Source: Candidatus Saccharimonadota bacterium (lineage in GTDB: Bacteria > Patescibacteriota > Saccharimonadia > Saccharimonadales > AQU-01). Taken from it: 59,825 nt of DNA. Made by a program: the position numbers and the translations under genes. Position 1 is the stretch's first letter, and each line of letters begins with the position of its first letter. The stretch is from NCBI GenBank assembly GCA_018499905.2, contig JAHBAU020000003.1, positions 1-59,825 on the forward strand, written 5' to 3'. Shown in pieces: positions 38,777 through 47,935 of the stretch. The notes under the pieces were generated by a model, which saw only the letters and a program-made list of their open reading frames with translations, was not told the DNA's origin and made no database searches.

Positions 38777-41254
38777 ATGTCGCCAGACTCACAAGATTTT
38801 CAAGACTTTATGAATCATCTCACGGAAAATGCCCGTGAGAGCATTAAACACGCAGGAGCTATTGCCCAAGGGTTTGGCAGCGCCTATGTAGGCACCGAAC
38901 ATCTGCTGCTTGGTGTGCTGGCTCAGGATACTTCCATTGGTGCCAAGATGCTTGAGGAAGCTGGTGTAACTCTCGACAAGGCCCGATTGGCCTTGAATCT
39001 TACGCCGCACACTGTTGTGATTGGTATGGGCGCCCGTGGCCTAAGCGAAACCGCCAAACTCACACTCAAGATGGCCTATGACGTGGCGCAGGATTTCTCG
39101 CAGGAATTCTGTGGAACCGAGCATATTTTATACAGTATTTTAAGCCAAAAAAACGCTCGGGCGACTGAACTTCTCAAAAATATGAATGTTAACGTTGATC
39201 AGTTGGTCGATCAGCTAGAGCAGTTTTTGAACCGGCAACAATTTGAAGACAATGACCGGGTGGGTACACGTACTCGCTCGCGTGGTAATAAGCGCAAAAG
39301 CGCGCTCGATTTCTTTGGAACTGATTTGACGGCGCAAGCACGGTCTAACAAGCTTGACCCTGTAGTTGGCCGTGATAATCAGATCAAACGAGTGATTACC
39401 ATTTTGAATCGAAGGACCAAAAACAACCCAGTATTGATTGGCGAGCCAGGCGTTGGTAAGACGGCTATTGTTGAAGGTCTAGCCCAACGGATTGTGAATG
39501 AAGAAGTGCCTGATTCCTTACTAGACAAGCGAATTGTCATGTTGGATCTGGCGGGCATGATTGCCGGTACCAAATATCGTGGCGAATTTGAAGAACGACT
39601 CAAAAAAGTCATGGCCGAACTAGAAGGCGATAAGCAGACCATAGTCTTCATCGATGAGCTGCACCTGATTGTCGGTGCCGGAGCCGCAGAAGGCGCCATG
39701 GACGCCGGCAATATTTTGAAGCCAGCACTGGCAAGAGGCAAGATCCAGGTTATTGGTGCCACCACGACTGCCGAATACACCAAACACGTTGAAAAAGACG
39801 CGGCTTTAGAACGCCGTTTCCAGCCGATTCAGGTACCCGAAACAACGCCGCCAGAGACGCTGGCAATTCTTAAGGGACTTCGGCGTCATTATGAGAGTTT
39901 TCACGGGGTTAAAATCAGCGATGAAGTACTAGAGGACACTGTTGCCTTGGCCAAACGCTACATCAATGACCGATTTATGCCCGATAAGGCGATTGATCTG
40001 CTTGACGAGACTGCGGCGCATTTACGGGTTGATCGCGGAAAAACACCACCAGAAGTACGCAAGCTGCAAAAAGAGCTGAAGCTGGCTAACGTTCGCATTG
40101 AAGAAGCTGTTGACGCTGAAGATTATGAAAAGGCGGCCCAGGCCAAGACCCGTGCTAGTCAGATCCATGAACAATTGAAAAAGCTGCAAGAGGGCAACAA
40201 GACAAAGAACAGCCTAACCATGACTAGCGAAGATATTGCTGATGTAGTGGCGCGCATGACTGGTGTGCCGGTCACGAAAGTCATCCGCTCCGAGGCAAAA
40301 TATCTCCTTAACCTTGAGAAGAATTTAAGCCGACACGTGATCGGCCAAGATGAAGCAGTTGCTGCGGTAGCTAAAGCAATTCGCCGCAACCGTATGGGCA
40401 TCAGCAGTGGACAAAGGCCAATTGGGTCATTCATTTTTCTTGGCCCAACCGGCGTTGGTAAGACGGAACTTGCACGGGTTCTGGCCAAAGAATTCTTTGG
40501 CAGTAGTGAGGCGTTGGTAAAAATCGACATGAGTGAATTTGGCGAACACCATACCACCTCTCGGCTAGTTGGTGCCCCCGCAGGCTATGTTGGCTACGAT
40601 GATGGTGGTCAGCTGACAGATAAGATTCGCCGACAGCCATATAGCGTGGTGCTGTTTGACGAAATTGAAAAAGCTCACCCAGAAGTATTTAATATGCTGT
40701 TGCAGATTTTGGAAGACGGCGTCTTAACAGATGCGAAAGGTCGCAAAATTGACTTTACCAACACGGTGGTCATTATGACTAGTAACATAGGCGCTGCTAA
40801 GCTGCAAAAAGAGGCTGCATTCGGCTTCCAAGCTCACAGCAATACAGACTACAATGATCTTGACAAACTGCATTCACAAAACCGCGACAAAGTTGAAGAT
40901 GAGCTGAAGAAAATGATGCGCCCAGAACTACTCAACCGAATCGACAAAGTCCTCGTGTTCCGCGCTTTGACGAAAAAGGATGTCTTGAAGATCTTGGATC
41001 TGCAAATCAATGAGCTCAAAGACAGACTGCAAAAACATGGTATTGGCCTTGTGGTCAGCCCAGCTGCCAAAAATCATTTACTAGAAACAGGCTATGATTC
41101 GCATAACGGCGTCCGTCCGATGCGCCGGCTGCTACAAGACACTATAGAAGATCACGTTGCCATGGAGCTGCTCGAGAACAACTATGCCAAAGGTGATATT
41201 GTGCAAGTTGGAACAAAAGGCAAGTCACTCAATTACTCTTCGGCCAAAGAATAA
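38777..41254 (+). CDS. clpC: ATP-dependent Clp protease ATP-binding subunit ClpC
   Basis: Two Clp-N repeats (GTEH), two Walker A motifs (GEPGVGKT, GPTGVGKT), UVR middle domain, FGF ClpP-docking loop. Confidence 0.93.
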   Translation: MSPDSQDFQDFMNHLTENARESIKHAGAIAQGFGSAYVGTEHLLLGVLAQDTSIGAKMLEEAGVTLDKARLALNLTPHTVVIGMGARGLSETAKLTLKMAYDVAQDFSQEFCGTEHILYSILSQKNARATELLKNMNVNVDQLVDQLEQFLNRQQFEDNDRVGTRTRSRGNKRKSALDFFGTDLTAQARSNKLDPVVGRDNQIKRVITILNRRTKNNPVLIGEPGVGKTAIVEGLAQRIVNEEVPDSLLDKRIVMLDLAGMIAGTKYRGEFEERLKKVMAELEGDKQTIVFIDELHLIVGAGAAEGAMDAGNILKPALARGKIQVIGATTTAEYTKHVEKDAALERRFQPIQVPETTPPETLAILKGLRRHYESFHGVKISDEVLEDTVALAKRYINDRFMPDKAIDLLDETAAHLRVDRGKTPPEVRKLQKELKLANVRIEEAVDAEDYEKAAQAKTRASQIHEQLKKLQEGNKTKNSLTMTSEDIADVVARMTGVPVTKVIRSEAKYLLNLEKNLSRHVIGQDEAVAAVAKAIRRNRMGISSGQRPIGSFIFLGPTGVGKTELARVLAKEFFGSSEALVKIDMSEFGEHHTTSRLVGAPAGYVGYDDGGQLTDKIRRQPYSVVLFDEIEKAHPEVFNMLLQILEDGVLTDAKGRKIDFTNTVVIMTSNIGAAKLQKEAAFGFQAHSNTDYNDLDKLHSQNRDKVEDELKKMMRPELLNRIDKVLVFRALTKKDVLKILDLQINELKDRLQKHGIGLVVSPAAKNHLLETGYDSHNGVRPMRRLLQDTIEDHVAMELLENNYAKGDIVQVGTKGKSLNYSSAKE

Positions 41255-41272
41255 TTCATCTTTCTGTCACTT

Positions 41273-41427
41273 AGATTTCCGAGTCTTAAAACCCTCTAGC
41301 GGCCGGGGTCCTGTCAGTCGGTCTACCCCTAAAATTTTTTGTAGGAACAAAAATATTTTTGGGGTTACCCCACCGACTGCCACCCCATAATTTTTTTATG
41401 GAGTTTTTAAGACTCAGGCTTAAATCT
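41273..41427. repeat. Long imperfect inverted-repeat element (MITE/REP-like)
   Basis: GAGTCTTAAAA 41281-41291 / TTTTAAGACTC 41405-41415; CAGTCGGT/ACCGACTG; ACCCCTAAAATTTTTTGT/ACAAAAATATTTTTGGGGT. Confidence 0.75.
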
Positions 41428-41451
41428 CTTGTATACTCTACGGTATAGGCT

Positions 41452-42420
41452 ATGAGGTTTATACGTAAGTATTTTGCGACGATTACCGCTTTGTTACTTT
41501 TGGCGGTTACCGGTTGGGCTTGGCTCAACCGGCTGGCTATCTATGACTGGTTTCGCTTGCGCGATTACACCCCGCCGGCCGTAATAGTTCAACTGGCAAC
41601 CGACACCACCATGAAGGATTCGGCACGTAATTTATTCTATGTGCAGCATCCGAGTATAGAAGGTAAAACGACCTTTAATGAGCACTGTCCGCGCGGTGAG
41701 CAGACCATCGTACTCGGCTGCTATGTCTCAAAAGTCGGTATCTATATCTATGATGTGACCGATGCGCGGTTAGAGGGAATTGAGCAAGTGACGGCCGCCC
41801 ACGAGCTGCTACATGCCGCCTATGAGCGGCTTAGCAAAGCCAATAAGGATAAAATTGGGGCGAGCCTGAAGGCGACGTACCAAACACTGGGCAACGCGCG
41901 CATCACGGAAACCATCGAGCAGTACCAAGTCGCTGGCGCAGATATTACCAACGAACTGCACTCCATACTCGCAACCGAGGTCCGCAATTTACCGCCCGAA
42001 CTTGAGACGTATTACCAGCGCTACTTTACCGACCGCAGTGCGATTGTCGGCTTTTCAGAACAGTACGAACAGGCCTTTGTGGCGCTCAAAAATCAGGTTG
42101 AGGCATACGACCAAGAACTCGAAGCCTTAAAAGCACAAATTGATGCCAATGAACAAAATCTCACCGCGCAAGGGGCCGCCATTGAGGCTGATAGAGCTCG
42201 TTTAGACTCGCTGCTGGCCGCCAACCAAGTCGGAGCCTATAATGCGGCCATTCCGGCCTTTAATGCTAAGGTGCGGGCTTACAATGCGTTAGTTAATCAA
42301 ACAAAAGACCTCATTAATCAATATAACGCCAAACTGGAAGCCAGGAACGCACTGGCACTGGAAGAGCAGGCACTATTTAAAGCTATCGACAGTCGCTTAA
42401 GTACCGAGGAAACGCAGTAA
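41452..42420 (+). CDS. Exported HExxH zinc-metallopeptidase-like protein with C-terminal coiled coil
   Basis: N-terminal TM/signal, LGCY, AHELLHAAY, NELHS; heptad-rich C-terminus; TAATG overlap with radA. Confidence 0.7.
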   Translation: MRFIRKYFATITALLLLAVTGWAWLNRLAIYDWFRLRDYTPPAVIVQLATDTTMKDSARNLFYVQHPSIEGKTTFNEHCPRGEQTIVLGCYVSKVGIYIYDVTDARLEGIEQVTAAHELLHAAYERLSKANKDKIGASLKATYQTLGNARITETIEQYQVAGADITNELHSILATEVRNLPPELETYYQRYFTDRSAIVGFSEQYEQAFVALKNQVEAYDQELEALKAQIDANEQNLTAQGAAIEADRARLDSLLAANQVGAYNAAIPAFNAKVRAYNALVNQTKDLINQYNAKLEARNALALEEQALFKAIDSRLSTEETQ

Positions 42421-43766
42421 TGGCCAAAGCCAAAAACCTTTATGTCTGCAGCAATTGTGGCAACCAAACTGGTACGTGGGCCGGGCGTTGTCAGGCCTGC
42501 GGTGAATGGAACACACTCGTTGAGCAAGTTGTGGCGGCTGCGCCAGGCACTGGATCGTCTCGAGGTGGTCGTAAAATTGAAGCGCAAGGCGTAGCGGTGG
42601 TTGCCAAGGTTGATAAAGCCTCGCGTTTTGCGGTAGACGGCGCGGACATTGACACGGTGCTGGGCGGCGGGATTGTTGCCGGCAGCGTCATTTTGATTGC
42701 CGGACAGCCAGGGATTGGCAAAAGCACCTTATTATTACAGCTGGCCGATCTGGTCTCACGTCGTCAGTCTGTCCTCTATGTCAGCGGCGAAGAATCGGCG
42801 CATCAAGTGGGTCTACGTGCCCAACGACTTGGTGTGTCCGGCGCCTCATTTGATGTGGCGATGAGTTCTGATGCAGATGATATTGCGGCGACGATTGCCG
42901 CTGGGCAGCACGGGCTGGTGATTGTGGACTCTATCCAGGCGATTGCAACGTCATTGGTCGCTTCGGCAGCAGGGTCGGTGGCTCAAATCTCAAACTGCGC
43001 GCAACTGTTGATTAACGCCGCCAAAAAGACTAACACAGCTTTAGTTATTGTCGGCCACGTCACAAAAGAAGGTTCCATAGCTGGCCCGAAGGTGCTGGAG
43101 CATGTGGTTGATGTCGTGCTGCAACTTGAAGGTGATCGATACGGCGGTTTTAAGCTTCTGAGAGCGGTCAAGAATCGCTTTGGCTCTACCAACGAAACTG
43201 GCATCTTTGAGATGACCGATAAAGGCTTGGGTGCCGTCAAAAACCCGTCGGCGGCGCTGCTCGAAGAACGGCAGGTCAGTGATGGTTCTATTGTCCTGGC
43301 CACAATGGAAGGGACAAGGCCACTATTGGTTGAAGTGCAAGCGCTGGTGAACAAAAGTAACTTTGGCTATCCAAAACGAACTGCCAGCGGCATTGATTTG
43401 AACCGAGTGAATTTATTAGTAGCTGTGCTTGAAAAGCGTACCAAGCTGCAATTGGCTGAAGCGGATATTTACATCAATATTGTCGGTGGCATGAAAATTA
43501 CTGAACCTGCGGCTGATTTGGCAGTTTGTATGGCAATCGCTTCAGCTGCCAAGGGTATGGTACTTAAGAAAGATTTGGTGGTGTATGGCGAGATCGGTTT
43601 GAGTGGGGAAGTCCGCCATGTGCCATTTGCCGAAAAACGGCTAGCAGAAGCTCTCAGGATGGGTTTTGAGGGCTCTATTGGCCCAGGACAACGCGGTAAG
43701 AAGCAGCCACAAGGGCTATATTCTGTCAAAGATGTGCGCTCAGCTCTTAACCAATTCTTAAGTTAA
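42420..43766 (+). CDS. radA: DNA repair protein RadA/Sms
   Basis: CSNC..CQAC zinc finger, GQPGIGKST, KNRFG, GEIGLSGEVR. Confidence 0.97.
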   Translation: MAKAKNLYVCSNCGNQTGTWAGRCQACGEWNTLVEQVVAAAPGTGSSRGGRKIEAQGVAVVAKVDKASRFAVDGADIDTVLGGGIVAGSVILIAGQPGIGKSTLLLQLADLVSRRQSVLYVSGEESAHQVGLRAQRLGVSGASFDVAMSSDADDIAATIAAGQHGLVIVDSIQAIATSLVASAAGSVAQISNCAQLLINAAKKTNTALVIVGHVTKEGSIAGPKVLEHVVDVVLQLEGDRYGGFKLLRAVKNRFGSTNETGIFEMTDKGLGAVKNPSAALLEERQVSDGSIVLATMEGTRPLLVEVQALVNKSNFGYPKRTASGIDLNRVNLLVAVLEKRTKLQLAEADIYINIVGGMKITEPAADLAVCMAIASAAKGMVLKKDLVVYGEIGLSGEVRHVPFAEKRLAEALRMGFEGSIGPGQRGKKQPQGLYSVKDVRSALNQFLS

Positions 43767-43768
43767 AT

Positions 43769-46747
43769 CTAAAAGTTCGCGGTATTGGACTGGGTGCTGC
43801 CGGCTTGGACATAAGCTTTGCGGTTTGCGCCGGCTACGACACGCGTATTGCCACTGATGAAGTTTGCGCAGGTATATGCTGCGTTATTGGCGGACGTGCA
43901 GAGCTGATAGGCTGTCGCTGGTTGATCGTTCCAGGTGAATCTAAAAGTATTGCCGCTGACGTTTGTAACTTGCAGCGTGATGCTGTCATCTTCAGTCGTC
44001 ACACTATTTGGAGATTGGCCATCATACAAAACGCTATCTACAACTTCTGCGGTTATCACGGTGCCATCAGGCTGTCCAGAAGCGTCAAACGAGACGCTTT
44101 GGCCATCAGTATCAACATTGACCGAACCAATAACGCCACCATTGGCAATGAAGTTGACGACACCCTTGATTGTTTCACTTGATAGCGGGTGCGTCCCTTT
44201 GTAAACGGTTGTGGAAACCACGCCGCTACCAGAAATATCTAGACTATCTAATGATGGGCGGACATCTTCGCATTTATGTACATCGTCTTTTTCACTAGTA
44301 TTAACTGCCGAACCACCGGCAATGGAATCTACCGAGAAAGCACTGGCATCGGCGTCATTAATCTCTTTTTTTGCTCGAGAAGGCGTACAATCTGTTGCAA
44401 GTTTGTTGGATACCGTATCGATGGTGCGTTTTTGCCCGTTGGTACTGATCTTACTCTCAAACCATTCAGGAAAAAGATCATTAGCAGGGCTAGGCTCAAC
44501 CGAGCCAATCCCAACGTGGCTGCGGACAACATAGGCTGGTAACGTTTTTATCGTGTCGGGTTTTGCTCGGTCTTTTGGCGGCAGATCTTTATGAGCGCCT
44601 TGCATCCAGCCCTGCCAAATTGGCTGCGTCATGCCTTCCATGGTACCTCGCATGGCGGTCCGTCGCGTGTGATGACCAACCCAAACTCCGGCGGCGTACT
44701 TGGCCGAAAAGCCCATCATCCAACCATCCTTTGCATCATTGGTGGTACCGGTTTTCATACCAAATGTCCAAGTGCCTTGTCCATTGTTATAGCGATGCGG
44801 TTTGCGGCCGGCAGGGAAGTAGCTGGCGTTCGGGTCAGCCAGCATGTCACCAACAATGTATGCAGCATCGTCGCGGATAACTTGCTCGCCTTCACTGGGC
44901 TTCCACTCGTCAATGGTCTTTCCGCTGGCGTCGGTAATCTTCAGAATATAGGTTTGTGGGATGTTCAGGCCATTTCTTGCCAAGGTACCATAGCCGTGTA
45001 CGTGCTCATCAACGTGTAGGTAAGCGCCGTCACCGATGGCAGAGGAAGCGTAGCAGGGCCCCTCTTTGGTCAGCTCTTCGTCGTAGAAACAACGATAGCC
45101 AGTGCTAATTGAACCATTGCGTGGATCCATTAATTTCTCGGCGATCTCGATTGTCTTGTCAACTCCAGCGATCATCATGGCCTTTACAGCCGGTACGTTT
45201 CGTGAACCCCCAAGTGCATACCGCAGCGTTAGCGGTCCAGGGTAGCGAAAGTCATAGTTATGCAAACAATTTCCGCCGTTTTTTGGTAAAGCTTTGTTGG
45301 TACACGGGTAGCCTTCGATTGGCTCTTGCACGTCGTACAGTACCGAACCGGCGCCTACATTGTTGCTGTTTTCCATTAATGAAACATAGTCGTACGGTTT
45401 GAAGCTTGAACCTGGCGGTAAGTTGGTCTGGGCGTAATTTATTTGTCCAAATTCCGCGTTGCTAAAATCTGCTCCACCAACCAGCGCCACCACCTGGCCG
45501 GTTTCTACATCTTCAGCGACAAAGGCTGCTGAGTCACCCCCTTGGCGCCGAATCTGATCGAGACCTTTGGTCACTTGTTCTTCCGCAAGGGTTTGGAGGT
45601 TGAGGTCGAGAGTAGTGGTGATGGACCAGCCGCCTCGCTTAAAGGTTTCAGAGGTTTTGGTATCTTCAAACTGCTTTTTAGCAGCTAGCACAAACCAAGG
45701 GGCTTTAATGCCAACATATTTAGATTGCCGAGGCTTGACAGTAGCTAAGACGTCAACCGCTTTGGCGCCGTCGCGCTGTTCTTTGGTAATCATACCTTGC
45801 TGCTCCATCTGGTCGAGAATGTAGTGCTGTCGGCCAATAAAGGCTTCTTTGTCGAAATCAGCGCTATATGGCGAATAATATGTCGGTGACTTAGGGATAG
45901 TAGCCAACATGGCCGCTTCTTCAAGAGTTAAATCTTTCGCAGCCTTTTGGAAGTAATCTCGAGCGGCAGCCTCCACACCGTACTCAATACCACCATAGGG
46001 GGCAGTGTTCAGATAGCCAACTAAAATTTGCTGTTTGGTATAAGTACGCTCGAGCTCAACCGACAGGATGAGTTCCTTTACTTTTCTTGTGTAACTGCGA
46101 TCTCTTGTCCAATCTTGGGTCAGCTTCACCAACTGTTGGGTAATTGTGGAGCCACCTTGCGTGCTGCCATTCCCAAAGTAGTTATTAAACCCGGCGCGCA
46201 TAATGCCGCGAATATCAAAACCGCCGTGTTTAAAGAAATCTTTATCTTCAATAGCAATGGTGGCATCTTTAATAAACTGGGAAATATTCTCATCTTCTAC
46301 TGGTATGCGTTTAACCGCGTCGTAATCTTCCCATAACAGCGTCGCACCGGTTCGGTCGTAATACCGGACGCTCCCCCCAATGTTATTGCCAGAGATGTCC
46401 TTGAGGTTTGGCAAGTCTTTGCGGAAATAGGCCAATGCGCCGACAATCAATAAGGCACCGGCCACGAGACCAAGACCCGTTAGCTTCAGGGCCATGATGA
46501 GACCATCGCGGCTAAACCAATATTTATACAGGCGCTTCGGATGTAAGCGATATAAGATTCGCTTGATGCGTGTTTTGGGCATACCTGCCAGACGCTGGGC
46601 CTTGCGTTGCTGTTTGGCGCTGCGACGAGCCAGCCACTTCTGTGACAGGCCACGATGAATCTTCACCACCTTACCGCTGCGGGTGACGTACTTGTTCTTA
46701 GTAACTTTACTCCGGCTGCGTCCAGCTGGTGGTTTATTCAGTTTCAT
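43769..46747 (-). CDS. Class A penicillin-binding protein (transglycosylase plus transpeptidase)
   Basis: EDKDFFKHGG, GGSTITQQLVK, RKVKE; SSFK, SRN, KTGT; long basic cytoplasmic N-terminus. Confidence 0.94.
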   Translation of the reverse strand: MKLNKPPAGRSRSKVTKNKYVTRSGKVVKIHRGLSQKWLARRSAKQQRKAQRLAGMPKTRIKRILYRLHPKRLYKYWFSRDGLIMALKLTGLGLVAGALLIVGALAYFRKDLPNLKDISGNNIGGSVRYYDRTGATLLWEDYDAVKRIPVEDENISQFIKDATIAIEDKDFFKHGGFDIRGIMRAGFNNYFGNGSTQGGSTITQQLVKLTQDWTRDRSYTRKVKELILSVELERTYTKQQILVGYLNTAPYGGIEYGVEAAARDYFQKAAKDLTLEEAAMLATIPKSPTYYSPYSADFDKEAFIGRQHYILDQMEQQGMITKEQRDGAKAVDVLATVKPRQSKYVGIKAPWFVLAAKKQFEDTKTSETFKRGGWSITTTLDLNLQTLAEEQVTKGLDQIRRQGGDSAAFVAEDVETGQVVALVGGADFSNAEFGQINYAQTNLPPGSSFKPYDYVSLMENSNNVGAGSVLYDVQEPIEGYPCTNKALPKNGGNCLHNYDFRYPGPLTLRYALGGSRNVPAVKAMMIAGVDKTIEIAEKLMDPRNGSISTGYRCFYDEELTKEGPCYASSAIGDGAYLHVDEHVHGYGTLARNGLNIPQTYILKITDASGKTIDEWKPSEGEQVIRDDAAYIVGDMLADPNASYFPAGRKPHRYNNGQGTWTFGMKTGTTNDAKDGWMMGFSAKYAAGVWVGHHTRRTAMRGTMEGMTQPIWQGWMQGAHKDLPPKDRAKPDTIKTLPAYVVRSHVGIGSVEPSPANDLFPEWFESKISTNGQKRTIDTVSNKLATDCTPSRAKKEINDADASAFSVDSIAGGSAVNTSEKDDVHKCEDVRPSLDSLDISGSGVVSTTVYKGTHPLSSETIKGVVNFIANGGVIGSVNVDTDGQSVSFDASGQPDGTVITAEVVDSVLYDGQSPNSVTTEDDSITLQVTNVSGNTFRFTWNDQPATAYQLCTSANNAAYTCANFISGNTRVVAGANRKAYVQAGSTQSNTANF

Positions 46748-46892
46748 TGAATGGTCGTTGTTTCCAATACGTCATTAATCATACGCATATTCATATAGTA
46801 GTATAGCAAAAAACTGGCTTTTCAAGTGCTTAAAAGTAACTACGAAGCGTCTATTTTTGGCGTGTAGCCCTAAACCGATTAGAATATGATTC

Positions 46893-47003
46893 ATGAGTAC
46901 ACTATCTGAAGACCTCCAGTGGCGCGAATATATTAAGGATTGTATGTCGACAATCAGCATTCTAAAGCTACAGAGCCTTTCACAAGCAATGTTGTACTCA
47001 TAA
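46893..47003 (+). pseudogene. Short ORF whose first ~16 codons resemble a tyrosyl-tRNA synthetase N-terminus (5' remnant)
   Basis: MSTLSEDLQWREYIKD... matches the L.E.L.WRG.I start of TyrRS as I recall it; similarity then lost; TAGAAT upstream. Confidence 0.5.
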
Positions 47004-47093
47004 AGACGTGGCAAGTCTTTCAAAGACTCGGCACTTATTGAGCTACAATAGAGCTTGCATAAAGACACTAACTGACAATATATAAGGAAGACC

Positions 47094-47894
47094 ATGCCCA
47101 AAAAATCAGACGTTCGTTCAAAAACCGCAAAAGGCCGCAAAGCCGATCAATATAACGACCCATCACACAACTACCTACATTACTGGAATGGTCGCGATTA
47201 CGAACATATGAGTGAAGTCGTTGCCATTCGACGGTTGCTTAAAGGGCGTCGCTTTAAGCATGCTGTTGATATTGGCGGCGGCTACGGTCGACTGAGTATT
47301 ACTTTAGGTGAATTCGCTGATAAGGTGACGCTTGCTGAGCCCTCGCAGCAGCAGCTAGATATTGCCAAAGGATTTTTAAAAGATCACCCTCACATTGAGC
47401 AAAAACTCGTCCAAGCGGGTGACATGCCTTTCAAAGACGGCAGTGTTGATTTATTTGCGATGATTCGTGTCATGCACCATCTGCCTGATCCTACCGCCGA
47501 ATTTAAGGAACTGAGTCGGGCGCTCAGTGACGATGGCTGGCTCATTTTAGAAGTTGCCAACTACGCGCACGGACGAAATCGTGTTAAACACCTTTTAAAG
47601 GGTAAAAAGCTGCCAGTTGACCCGGTTGATATTCGCTCTGCAGCCAACAAGCGCGATGATGAGATCCCGTTTGTGAACCATAATCCCAAGACCGTTATCA
47701 AGCAACTGGCTCATGCTGGACTCAAGGTTGAGAAAGTCCTGTCAGTTTCCAACTTACGTTCTCCGGGGCTGAAGAAAATGGTGCCGCGTGGCCTAATGCT
47801 GAGCGTAGAACGAGTTATGCAGCCAACACTCGCCAAAACCTATTTTGGACCAAGCGTATTCTTGCTGGTACGCAAAGTAAAACCCAGCGCCTGA
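47094..47894 (+). CDS. Class I SAM-dependent methyltransferase
   Basis: VDIGGGYGR, MPFKDGSVD, RVMHHLPDP, LSDDGWLILE. Confidence 0.9.
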   Translation: MPKKSDVRSKTAKGRKADQYNDPSHNYLHYWNGRDYEHMSEVVAIRRLLKGRRFKHAVDIGGGYGRLSITLGEFADKVTLAEPSQQQLDIAKGFLKDHPHIEQKLVQAGDMPFKDGSVDLFAMIRVMHHLPDPTAEFKELSRALSDDGWLILEVANYAHGRNRVKHLLKGKKLPVDPVDIRSAANKRDDEIPFVNHNPKTVIKQLAHAGLKVEKVLSVSNLRSPGLKKMVPRGLMLSVERVMQPTLAKTYFGPSVFLLVRKVKPSA

Positions 47895-47935
47895 AAACCG
47901 ACAGCAAGCTCAGGCAGGCTGCTACAATACTCCTT

